Below, in pieces: positions 9,243-18,540 of a stretch of 27,473 bases of DNA (the stretch's first letter is position 1; each line of letters opens with the position of its first letter). The DNA comes from a bacterium (lineage in GTDB: Bacteria; Zhuqueibacterota; Zhuqueibacteria; Oceanimicrobiales; Oceanimicrobiaceae): NCBI GenBank assembly GCA_046757025.1, contig JBHHXN010000059.1, positions 1 through 27,473 on the forward strand. The letters are read 5' to 3'. The notes beneath the pieces were generated by a model that had not been told where the DNA came from, made no database searches, and saw only the letters and a program-made list of their open reading frames with translations. Position numbers and translations under genes: made by a program.

Positions 9243-12200
9243 ATGCAAGACTCTTTTAAATCCAAAATGCAAGACTTTAAAGCACAAACCGGTAAATTCT
9301 TCACCTTTACTACCACTCGACCGGTGGCCATTTTGATGGTGGTGATCGGCGTGGTGGTTTTCGGCTGGATTTCCTACCAGCAATTGCCGGTGAACCTCAT
9401 GCCGGACATTTCCTATCCGTCGCTCACCGTACGTACCGAATACGCTGGCACCGCACCTGAGGAAATCGAGACCACCATTTCGCGCCCGGTGGAACAAGCG
9501 CTGGGCGTGGTCAACAATCTGGTCAGCATCAGCTCCATTTCCAAAGCCGGGCAGTCGGATGTAAAACTGGAGTTCACCTGGAACACCGACATGAATCAGG
9601 CCACGGCCGATGTACGGGAAAAACTGGACCAGGTGTTTCTGCCGCAGGAAGCCAAACGGCCGCTTATTCTGCGATTTGACCCGTCTCTGGATCCCATCAT
9701 GCGGCTGGGGTTGTTCGGCGACGCGTCGTTGATCTATTTGAGATATTTAGCGGACGAAGAGATCAAGCGGATTCTGGAAACCGTGGAAGGAGTGGCGGCG
9801 GTAAAAATCAAAGGCGGCCTGGAAGAAGAAATTCGCGTGGAATTGAATGAGCAGCAGTTGACCCTCATCGGCATCAACATTCAACAAGTGAAAAATCGTC
9901 TGGCCCAGGAAAACGTCAACCTGGCCGGCGGCAACTTGAAAGAAGGGCAAACGGAATATTTAGTGCGAACTTTGAACGAGTTTAAATCGGTTGATGAAAT
10001 CGGAGACGTCGTGATCGGAAACTGGAACGGAAAAGAGATCAAAATTCGAGACGTTGCTCAGGTGAAAAGGACATTTAAAGACCGTGAAATAATCACGCGT
10101 TTGAATCAAAAAGAAAGCGTGGAAATTGAAATCTACAAGGAAGCCGACGCCAACATCGTGGCGGTGGCCAAGCGTGTGAAAGAACGGGTATTCGGAACGG
10201 CCGAGCAGCAAGCTTTTGTGAAAAGACTGGAAGCGACCAAACAAAAATCCGAAGAAAAGGGAAAGACAACAAAAGCCGTTCCGAAAGGGAAACCAAGTAC
10301 CAATGGCCGCGACCGCAATCAGAAAGCGTTGCGGGAACGAATGATGACGAATTTTATCGCCTACCAGCTTCCAGTGGGCCTCGAAATGGATCTGCTTTCG
10401 GACCAGTCGGTATTCATTCAGAATTCAGTGGACGAAGTGAAAAAAACCGCGGTCATCGGCGGTATTCTGGCTGTGATCGTTCTGTTCGTGTTTCTGCGAA
10501 ATTTGACCGTCACCATGATCGTCGGCATTTCGATTCCCATTTCCATTGTGGCGACTTTTGCCCCCATGAAAATATTTGGCGTCTCATTGAACATCATGTC
10601 GCTGGGCGGCTTGGCGCTGGGCATCGGGATGCTGGTGGATAATTCCATCGTGGTGCTGGAGAGCATCGCCCGCTGCCGCGAGGAAGGCGACAATTTGATT
10701 CAAGCCACGGTGCGCGGCGTCAGCGAGGTGGGCGGCGCGGTGTTCGCTTCCACGCTTACCACCATTGCGGTGTTTTTTCCCATCGTTTTCGTGGAGGGCG
10801 TGGCAGGACAAATTTTTGGAAATCTGGCTCTCACGGTGGTCTTTTCCCTGTTGGCGTCGCTGGCGGTGGCGCTGTTTTTAATTCCCATGCTTACCTCCCG
10901 CCAGAGCTCGAAATTCATCCAGGGAATTCAAACCGACCTTCTCTTCAAACAGCACATTTTCCATTATGCCACCACCGTAAAAATCGACCAGGTGTTGTCG
11001 GATGAAAACCAAGAAAGCATCCTTGCCAAACTTACTGGTGGCGTCAGCGCTTTTGTGCAAACCATTGGGTTACTGTTGTTTAAATTGCTCAAAGCCGTGG
11101 CAGCGGTGCTCATCGCCTTCCTAAAACAACTGCTGATTTTGATCATTCTACCGTTTGTACCTGTTTTAGGATTAATCCGGATCACAGGTTTGACGAAATT
11201 TAAAAATACAAACTGGCTAAGAACTTTCGCCAGCAATCCAGACCTCTGGAAAATCACCTTTCTCAAAGAGCTCTGGCCCAGTTTTTTGATCAACCAATCG
11301 GCCCCGGCCTTGTTTGACGATTTCAAAAAGATCAAAGCACGCTTTAAACAAGCTGACTGGAAAAAGAAAATCGTGCTGGCTCTGGGACTCCCTATTTCAA
11401 CGATTTTCAGCATCATCAAGTTTGCTTTCCAATTTTTTCTGGAAATCGTGTTTCGCGTTCTGCATTTCTTTTTCATCGTGGCCGCTGTCATTTTCAAAGG
11501 ATTTTCAAACTTGCTCAGATTGGTGTTTTCAGCGCCGACTACGCTCTTTTTAGGCGCGTTTAACTGGGCCTACCAAAAACTCGAGTCGGCGTATCCGCGA
11601 CTTTTGCAGCAGTCGCTGAACAACCGCGGTCAAGTTTTAGGCGTGGTGGGAGCCTTGTTTCTTTTCAGCATCGTTGTGGTCGCGCCTCGACTGGGCAGCG
11701 AGCTCATACCCGAGGTACATCAAGGCGAATTCAACATCGATGTCACTATGCCCGTTGGCACACCGGTTGAAAAAACCGACGAAAAAGTCTACGAAATCCA
11801 AAATATTCTTAAAGACGAGCCGGGCGTCAACAAAATTGCTTCGGTATCTGGCACCGACAAAACCGCCAACACCAGCAGCGAAGAAGGCGAGCACACCTCG
11901 AAAATCACCGTGACCATGAAACGAGCCAGCAGTGTGGTGGTGGAAGAAGAACAATTGATCGAACGAATTCGGCGACAAATGCAGAATTTTTCTGGCATCC
12001 AGTGGAAGATTTCCCGACCGGTGCTTTTCAGTTTTAAGACCCCCATCGAAGTGGAGCTGCACGGGTATCATTTGCAAAAGCTACAAAAATACGCGAAAGA
12101 GCTGGAAGATCGGATGCACGCTATTCCCGGAGTCATCGATGTCAAATCCAACATCCAGCGCGGCAATCCCGAAGTACAAATTATGTACAACCGACAACTC

Positions 12201-13097
12201 CTTTCCAAATACAATTTGAATATCAGAGAAGTGGCTGCCATCGTGCGCAACAAAGTTCGCGGGGATGTCGCCACCGAGTTTAAGGAGCAGGATCGCAAAA
12301 TCGATATCCTGGTTCGCTTACAGGAAAGAGACCGAGAAAGCATTCCCGATCTGCACAGGCTAATCATCAACCCGGGAGCGGCTATACCCATTCCGCTGGA
12401 GGCGGTGGCGGACATCAAAGTACAGGAAGGCCCCGCGGAAATCCGGCGCGTTGACCAGCAGCGTACGGCCGTCATTACCGCCAACATCCGCGGCCGCAGC
12501 CTGAGCAGCATCAGTGCAGACATCTTTCGCACTCTCCAGGCTATGGAGCTTCCGGCAGATTTTACTTACACGTTGGCGGGTCAAAATCAAGAAATGGAAA
12601 CCTCTCTCGACAGTCTCAAAATGGCACTGGCACTGGCCATCTTTCTGGTTTATATCGTCATGGCTTCTCAGTTTGAATCAATGATTCATCCGTTCATCAT
12701 CATCTTCACCATTCCGCTGGCGCTCATCGGGGTGCTTTTATTTCTGTATCTACTGAACACGCCGTTGAGCATCGTGGTATTTCTGGGCATGATCATGCTG
12801 GCGGGCATCGTAGTCAACAACGCCATCGTGTTGGTGGATTATATCAACAAACTGCGCGAACGCGGTATGGAAAAAATGGAAGCCATCATTCAAGCCGGCA
12901 AAGTACGCTTGCGGCCCATCATCATGACCACCACTACCACCGTTCTGGGTTTGCTGCCCATGGCACTGGGCTTAGGCGACGGCGCCGAAATCCGTACGCC
13001 GATGGCGGTGACGGTGATCGTCGGACTGATCACTTCTACCATTCTCACGTTGATCATCATTCCGACGGTGTACAGCCTGGTGGCAAGGAAATCGTGA
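9243..13097 (+). CDS. RND permease subunit 1 (AcrB/MdtB-C-like), 1284 aa with large insertions
   Basis: RPVA..., PEEIE..ISRPVE, TM4 GMLVDNSIVVLE, GIVVNNAIVLVD and RLRPIIMT motifs. Confidence 0.93.
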   Translation: MQDSFKSKMQDFKAQTGKFFTFTTTRPVAILMVVIGVVVFGWISYQQLPVNLMPDISYPSLTVRTEYAGTAPEEIETTISRPVEQALGVVNNLVSISSISKAGQSDVKLEFTWNTDMNQATADVREKLDQVFLPQEAKRPLILRFDPSLDPIMRLGLFGDASLIYLRYLADEEIKRILETVEGVAAVKIKGGLEEEIRVELNEQQLTLIGINIQQVKNRLAQENVNLAGGNLKEGQTEYLVRTLNEFKSVDEIGDVVIGNWNGKEIKIRDVAQVKRTFKDREIITRLNQKESVEIEIYKEADANIVAVAKRVKERVFGTAEQQAFVKRLEATKQKSEEKGKTTKAVPKGKPSTNGRDRNQKALRERMMTNFIAYQLPVGLEMDLLSDQSVFIQNSVDEVKKTAVIGGILAVIVLFVFLRNLTVTMIVGISIPISIVATFAPMKIFGVSLNIMSLGGLALGIGMLVDNSIVVLESIARCREEGDNLIQATVRGVSEVGGAVFASTLTTIAVFFPIVFVEGVAGQIFGNLALTVVFSLLASLAVALFLIPMLTSRQSSKFIQGIQTDLLFKQHIFHYATTVKIDQVLSDENQESILAKLTGGVSAFVQTIGLLLFKLLKAVAAVLIAFLKQLLILIILPFVPVLGLIRITGLTKFKNTNWLRTFASNPDLWKITFLKELWPSFLINQSAPALFDDFKKIKARFKQADWKKKIVLALGLPISTIFSIIKFAFQFFLEIVFRVLHFFFIVAAVIFKGFSNLLRLVFSAPTTLFLGAFNWAYQKLESAYPRLLQQSLNNRGQVLGVVGALFLFSIVVVAPRLGSELIPEVHQGEFNIDVTMPVGTPVEKTDEKVYEIQNILKDEPGVNKIASVSGTDKTANTSSEEGEHTSKITVTMKRASSVVVEEEQLIERIRRQMQNFSGIQWKISRPVLFSFKTPIEVELHGYHLQKLQKYAKELEDRMHAIPGVIDVKSNIQRGNPEVQIMYNRQLLSKYNLNIREVAAIVRNKVRGDVATEFKEQDRKIDILVRLQERDRESIPDLHRLIINPGAAIPIPLEAVADIKVQEGPAEIRRVDQQRTAVITANIRGRSLSSISADIFRTLQAMELPADFTYTLAGQNQEMETSLDSLKMALALAIFLVYIVMASQFESMIHPFIIIFTIPLALIGVLLFLYLLNTPLSIVVFLGMIMLAGIVVNNAIVLVDYINKLRERGMEKMEAIIQAGKVRLRPIIMTTTTTVLGLLPMALGLGDGAEIRTPMAVTVIVGLITSTILTLIIIPTVYSLVARKS

Positions 13098-13186
13098 AGC
13101 ATTTAACCGAGTTGATTAAATTAGGTTAATCTGAAAATCAATTTACCGATTTAAAAAACAAAATACAAAGATAAAAGGTTAGATAC

Positions 13187-16100
13187 ATGGTTCGCTCAAA
13201 AGAAAGCCTGCTGCCCAAATTATCCGTTACCCGACCGGTGACGGTGATCATGACGCTCATCGCCCTGTTAGTGGTGGGGTTCATTGCCTTCAAACAAATT
13301 TCTGTCGATTTGATGCCCTCGGGATTCACTCCTCCTTTTTTAGGCGTCTGGACGCCCTATCCCAACTCCAATCCACAGGAAGTGGAGGAACAGATCGCCA
13401 AGCCCATCGAAGAGCAAATCCAGACCATCAGCGGCATCCGCCGGATTCAAAGCAACAGCAGCAGCAACGGCTGTTGGACTTTTGTGCAATTTGCCCAGGG
13501 AACGAATATGGACCTGGCTTATGCGCAATTGCGCGACCGCATGGATCGGGTGAAAGCTGAGCTGCCGGAAGACATCGAACGTCTGTATTTGCGCAAATGG
13601 AGCAACGACGACGACCCCATCATGTGGATGGCTCTGATTGAAAAAGAACCGCATGAGGATCCCTTTCTGCTGGTGGAACAGCACCTGCAAAAACCGCTGG
13701 AAAGAATTGACGGCGTGGCAAAAGTGGAAATCTGGGGAGCGGATGAAAAGTCGGTGCTGCTGCAAATCAATCAGGACATGGTCAAAAGCTACAAAATAAA
13801 TCTGTACGATGTCATTCAAAACTTGCGCAACGATAATTTTTCCATTTCGAGCGGCTTTGTTATCGACGGGCAGAGAAAGATCTTCGTGCGGTCGTTGGGC
13901 AAATTTCGAACCCTGGAGGAAATTAAAAACCTGCCCATCCGCGGCAACAATTTGCGCTTAAAAGACATCGCCGAAGTCAAATACGATGTACCCGAACGAC
14001 GCTGGCGGAATAAGATCGACAAAAAAAATGCCATCACTCTGGGCATTTACAAGGAATCGTCCACAAACTCCGTGGAATTGTGTCGAAAAGTAACGGAGAG
14101 GTTTGAAAACGACTTTAAAAAAGATCCCAAATTAAGCGGGTTTAGAATTGAAACTCTGTTCAATCAAGGTGAATTTATCGAAGACTCGGTTGACAATCTG
14201 CAGCGCACAGGATTGTGGGGCGGTTTGTTCGCGTTTGTGGTGCTGTATTTCTTTTTGCGTAGAATGCGCATGACCTTTATCGTCATCCTGGCGATTCCGT
14301 TATCGCTGTTAATCACGTTGACCGTGATGTACTTCATCGGCTGGTCTTTGAATTTGATCACCATGATGGGTCTGATGATCTCGGTGGGTATGGTGGTGGA
14401 TAATTCCATCGTGGTGCTGGAAAACATCTACCGAAAACGGTCGGAGGGACAGAAAGACCGCGACGCCTCTCTGCGAGGCACCAGCGAAGTGGCGCTGGCG
14501 GTTACGCTGGCCACCCTGACGACGGTGGTGGTATTTTTACCGTTGATTTTGATGAACGACAATATTGGATTTCAATTTTACATGCTGCGCATTGGTCTGC
14601 CGGTGATCGTGGCGCTGGTGGCTTCTCTGTTTGTGGCCATGGTTTTCATCCCTTTAGCCGCTACCCGCATCGTCAGTAAGCGCAAAGTTCAGGAACCTAA
14701 AGCCATCGTTCGCACGAATCAACTCTACAGAAAAATTCTGGCCTGGTCGGTGACGCACCGTGTGGAAATGTTTGTCATTATCATTTTTGCCATGCTCTCC
14801 ATGCAGTATGCCGCTTCCAACGCCAAGCAAAAAAGCGACATGCAGGGGAATATCAACGATTTTAGGCTGCATTTTGAGATGCCCGATAATTACACTATTG
14901 AAAATGCCGAACGCGTCATCCAAGCTTTCGAAGACACCATTCGCACAAAAAGCGAAATCTACGGCGTGAAAACCATCCTGGTGCGGCACTCTCACAATTG
15001 GGGCATGCTGCGGGTATTTTTAAAACCCGCTGAGAAAAAAGACTGGTATGAAATCGCTTATGAAAATCTTATCAAATCGTTCGGTATGCAACCCGGCGGT
15101 TACATGCAGCGAGAAGCCGTAATCGAAGATGTTAAAAAGCGCATGCCGGAGTTCCCCGGAGTTACCGTGCGCACTACCTGGCGTCAGCAGGCCGACGGAG
15201 ATGACGCCTCCATCGCCATCACGCTGTATGGCGACGACACCAACACCCTGGTGCACCTGGCCAAAGAAGTGGAGCGCCGGCTCAGAACTATCGAAGAGAT
15301 CATCAGCATCGAAACCGACCGCGAGAAGGGCAGCGATGAAATTCATCTGGAGATCAAACGCGAACAAGCCAAAAAATACGGCATCAATCCCACGGCCATT
15401 TCCGGGACGGTGCAATATGCTTTGCGCGGTTTTCCCCTGCCAAAATATCACACAGAAGAAAAAGAAATCGACGTGCACATTCAACTGCGGGAAGAAGACC
15501 GGCGCAATTTGTCGCAACTAAAAAACCTGACGTTTTTTACCGAATCCGGCAAGGAAATCCCCCTGGATGCGGTGGCGACTTTTTACGTTAAAAAAGGGGT
15601 GGGTGAAATCCGACGTGAAAACGGCAAAACCTACCTCACAGTAAAAGGCAATTCCACCAAAGACAATATGAAAGCGCTTTTTGGAAAAGTTGATCAGGTG
15701 ATGAAAGGCTTTGAAATGCCGTACGGTTATTCCTGGACTAAAGGACAAAATTTCCAACGCATGCAGGAAAGCAACGAAAGCGTGAATTTTGCCATCATTT
15801 TGTCCATTACCTTCGTCTTCCTGCTCATGGGCTTTTTGTTCGAATCGTTCGTGCTGCCGCTCTCGGTGATCATGGCCATTCCATTTTCATTTTTAGGCGC
15901 CTTCTGGATCATGTATCTCACCGGTACCCCCATCGATATGATGAGCCAAATCGGGTTCGTGATTTTAGTGGGAATCGTGGTCAACAACGCCATCGTGCTG
16001 ATCGATCTGATCAACCGTCTGCGCAACGAAGGATGGAATCGCTACGACGCCATTCTTGAGGCGGGCAAACAACGCTTCCGCCCCATCCTGATGACCGCGT

Positions 16101-16345
16101 TCACCACCATCGGCGGGCTTTTGCCCATGGCGGTTGGCAACACCTCGATGATCGGCATTCCTTACGCACCCATGGGGCGAACCATCATCGGCGGCTTGTT
16201 GTCATCGACTCTGCTGTCGTTAATTGCCGTGCCCTGGGCTTACACGCTTTTCGACGACATGCGGGAGTATTTCAAAAAACTGACCGCGCTGTACATTTAC
16301 AAACAAAAATCGACGGGCGCCGAGCTGGCAGAAGCCGAACAATAA
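13187..16345 (+). CDS. RND permease subunit 2 (AcrB/MdtB-C-like)
   Basis: RPVTVIM, GMVVDNSIVVLEN, GIVVNNAIVLID and RFRPILMT motifs; 1052 aa. Confidence 0.93.
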   Translation: MVRSKESLLPKLSVTRPVTVIMTLIALLVVGFIAFKQISVDLMPSGFTPPFLGVWTPYPNSNPQEVEEQIAKPIEEQIQTISGIRRIQSNSSSNGCWTFVQFAQGTNMDLAYAQLRDRMDRVKAELPEDIERLYLRKWSNDDDPIMWMALIEKEPHEDPFLLVEQHLQKPLERIDGVAKVEIWGADEKSVLLQINQDMVKSYKINLYDVIQNLRNDNFSISSGFVIDGQRKIFVRSLGKFRTLEEIKNLPIRGNNLRLKDIAEVKYDVPERRWRNKIDKKNAITLGIYKESSTNSVELCRKVTERFENDFKKDPKLSGFRIETLFNQGEFIEDSVDNLQRTGLWGGLFAFVVLYFFLRRMRMTFIVILAIPLSLLITLTVMYFIGWSLNLITMMGLMISVGMVVDNSIVVLENIYRKRSEGQKDRDASLRGTSEVALAVTLATLTTVVVFLPLILMNDNIGFQFYMLRIGLPVIVALVASLFVAMVFIPLAATRIVSKRKVQEPKAIVRTNQLYRKILAWSVTHRVEMFVIIIFAMLSMQYAASNAKQKSDMQGNINDFRLHFEMPDNYTIENAERVIQAFEDTIRTKSEIYGVKTILVRHSHNWGMLRVFLKPAEKKDWYEIAYENLIKSFGMQPGGYMQREAVIEDVKKRMPEFPGVTVRTTWRQQADGDDASIAITLYGDDTNTLVHLAKEVERRLRTIEEIISIETDREKGSDEIHLEIKREQAKKYGINPTAISGTVQYALRGFPLPKYHTEEKEIDVHIQLREEDRRNLSQLKNLTFFTESGKEIPLDAVATFYVKKGVGEIRRENGKTYLTVKGNSTKDNMKALFGKVDQVMKGFEMPYGYSWTKGQNFQRMQESNESVNFAIILSITFVFLLMGFLFESFVLPLSVIMAIPFSFLGAFWIMYLTGTPIDMMSQIGFVILVGIVVNNAIVLIDLINRLRNEGWNRYDAILEAGKQRFRPILMTAFTTIGGLLPMAVGNTSMIGIPYAPMGRTIIGGLLSSTLLSLIAVPWAYTLFDDMREYFKKLTALYIYKQKSTGAELAEAEQ

Positions 16346-16358
16346 GGGTATTTCAGAA

Positions 16359-16404
16359 AAATGCCGGGACGGCTTTACATCGAATTCGACCCGGCGTTTC
16401 TTTC
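16359..16404 (+). terminator. Possible intrinsic terminator after the RND operon
   Basis: aaatgccggg / cccggcgttt stem with a 21-nt loop, followed by cttt, 14 nt after the stop. Confidence 0.35.
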
Positions 16405-16842
16405 TCCATCCGATGACTATCAAAGCCCGTCCACACGAGTACGGCGACTTCTTGTCAACTCACTTCACAATTCTCACCGCTATTGTGGCGAAGCCGCAAC
16501 CCAAAAAGGCAAAATGATTAAGGGCAAAATAATTTTAACTTAAATTAAGCGATTTGCTATTAGCCGTTGGCTAGTAGCAAATAAAACACAATTAGCTGAA
16601 AAGGTTTTTGTAACACACCTACCGGGTAAAATGAGAGTCTCAACGTGAGTACCAAAAAATTAAATACCCAAAAGCGAAAAGCCAATCGCTGGTTTTGGGA
16701 ATAAATAAAAGCTCCTGCAAGGAGACGTTGGTTGTCAATATATTTGTTCTTTTTTTTGCGAGCTTGGTGGCTTTGCGTGATATTTTTACAAACTTTGCTA
16801 AAAAAACAAAGTTTTTGGCGGTAATAGACTAAAAACTCGGTC

Positions 16843-16871
16843 TTGATTTTTGAAATAAATTGCCGTAAATT
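16843..16871 (+). promoter_or_regulatory. Possible sigma70 promoter of the Nudix gene
   Basis: TTGATT, 17 nt, TAAATT. Confidence 0.45.
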
Positions 16872-16931
16872 TCATTATGGCGATTCAAAAAGAACCTTCT
16901 CCTAACCACACAAACATTTAGAGGCTGTCGC

Positions 16932-17468
16932 GTGAACTATTGCAGCCACTGCGGGGAAAAAGTCAAGTTTGGCGCCGTTCCCGGCGACGACATGCCGCGT
17001 TTTTATTGTGAAAACTGCCAGACCATTCACTACCAGAATCCCAAAATCATCGTGGGCTGCATTCCACGCTGGCAAGATAAAGTGCTTTTGTGTAAGCGCG
17101 CCATTGAGCCCCGTAAAGGGTTGTGGACTTTGCCGTCAGGATTTCTGGAAAACGGCGAAAACGTGGAGCAGGGTGCCATGCGGGAAACTCGCGAGGAGGC
17201 CAATGCCGAAGTCCAAATCATTCGGCTGTTTGCGGTCTACAGTTTGCCGCAACTCGGGCAGATCTATTTGCAATTTTTGTCAGATTTAATCAATCTCGAT
17301 TACCATCCAGGAATGGAAAGTGAGGAAGTGAAACTCTTTAGCAAAGAAGACATCCCCTGGGAACAAATTGCCTTCAGCGCCATTAAATTTACCCTTGACA
17401 AATATTTCAACGAAGCTTCCAACCCCCGCGCTGAAGTTTATTTAGGTACCGCCCGCAAACGAAAATAA
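16932..17468 (+). CDS. Nudix hydrolase with N-terminal zinc ribbon
   Basis: CSHCG...CENC zinc ribbon, HYQNP, and Nudix box GFLENGENVEQGAMRETREEAN; GTG start. Confidence 0.92.
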   Translation: MNYCSHCGEKVKFGAVPGDDMPRFYCENCQTIHYQNPKIIVGCIPRWQDKVLLCKRAIEPRKGLWTLPSGFLENGENVEQGAMRETREEANAEVQIIRLFAVYSLPQLGQIYLQFLSDLINLDYHPGMESEEVKLFSKEDIPWEQIAFSAIKFTLDKYFNEASNPRAEVYLGTARKRK

Positions 17469-17470
17469 GT

Positions 17471-17619
17471 TCCGGGTTCTGAGTTCCGAATTTCGAGTCC
17501 TAATTTCAATCATTATTCCCAAGATTTGAGAATTACAAATTAAGAATTATGGATTGATGATGGCGTGCTGCAGAACGAAATCCTTAAACTCGAAACTTCA
17601 AACTTCAATCCCGAACCTC
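17471..17619. repeat. Three 7-nt periodic arrays between convergent genes, outer two inverted
   Basis: tccgggt tctgagt tccgaat ttcgagt cctaatt; gaattac aaattaa gaattat ggattga; aaatcct taaactc gaaactt caaactt caatccc gaacctc. Confidence 0.6.
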
Positions 17620-18448
17620 ACGTCTTCGCCTGGCACTGCGGACAGAAAAAAGAGCTGCGGCCCACCTGCACCAGCCGTTCTATTTTCGAGTGGCAGCGAA
17701 TGCAGCTTTTGCCTTCGCGATCGTACACCGCAAGTGAAAGCTGAAAATAACCGGTCTCACCATCGCTGTTTACAAAATCATTCAAAGTAGTGCCGCCCTG
17801 TTTGATGGCGGCGTTTAAAACACTTCGAATCTGTTGCAGCAAATTTTTCCAGTCAGTCTCCCCCAGCAAGGTTACCGGAGTTGCTGGATGTATCCCAGCA
17901 AAAAACAGCGCTTCATTGGCGTAAATATTTCCCACTCCCACCATGAAATTAGCATCCATCAACAAATTTTTAATGGGTTTTTTGCGGTTTTTCGCCAGCC
18001 CAAACAATTGTCGATGATCGACCTGAGTGTCAAGCGGCTCCACCCCCAGATTTACGAGGCGGGGATGCGTGGCGAACTCCTCCGGAGTCACCGCCTCCAC
18101 CAGCCCAAATCGCCGCGGATCGCGAAAGCGCAGCTCGGCGGAACCGCTTAAATTGAACTGCACGTGATCGTGTTTTTCCAGCGGCGCCTTTTTCGTTAAA
18201 AATAAAATGCGCCCGCTCATGCCCAGATGCAAAAGCAGCCGATTTTCGTTTTCAAAGCGAACGAGCAGGTATTTAGCCCGCCGCTGAATGTCCCGTATTC
18301 TCTGGCGCACCAGCAACGAACGCAATTTGCCCTCTTCCACCGGCCAACGCAGTCGTGCATCCCGCACTACGATGCGCTTGATTCGTTTACCAGGCAACTG
18401 CTTCATCAAAGCCCGGCGAATGGTTTCAACTTCTGGTAATTCCGGCAT
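17618..18448 (-). CDS. mutM: Formamidopyrimidine-DNA glycosylase / AP lyase
   Basis: Catalytic N-terminus MPELPEVE fixes the start at 18448; RRAKYL, HLGMSG, DPRRFG, GVGNIYANEALF and C-terminal CxxC...CPxCQ zinc finger. Confidence 0.97.
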   Translation of the reverse strand: MPELPEVETIRRALMKQLPGKRIKRIVVRDARLRWPVEEGKLRSLLVRQRIRDIQRRAKYLLVRFENENRLLLHLGMSGRILFLTKKAPLEKHDHVQFNLSGSAELRFRDPRRFGLVEAVTPEEFATHPRLVNLGVEPLDTQVDHRQLFGLAKNRKKPIKNLLMDANFMVGVGNIYANEALFFAGIHPATPVTLLGETDWKNLLQQIRSVLNAAIKQGGTTLNDFVNSDGETGYFQLSLAVYDREGKSCIRCHSKIERLVQVGRSSFFCPQCQAKT

Positions 18449-18540
18449 GGATTCTCTCTTGCATAAGTGAAATGGGACTGCTATATTGGAGGCTAATTTA
18501 ACAAATAGTTTCACACAAAAGCAAATCGTATTTCATCGTT

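Noticed and set aside
9241..9276. 12-bp direct repeat aaatgcaagact at the start of RND permease 1 (MQD...MQD)
   Set aside because: Real but most likely a small local duplication; it only makes the start ambiguous (9243 vs 9267).
16361..16543. 60-aa ORF after the RND operon
   Set aside because: It overlaps a terminator-like stem and short repeats, with no family features.
18449..18514. N-terminal extension of MutM
   Set aside because: Fpg needs Pro2 of MPELPEV at the N-terminus, so the start is 18448.
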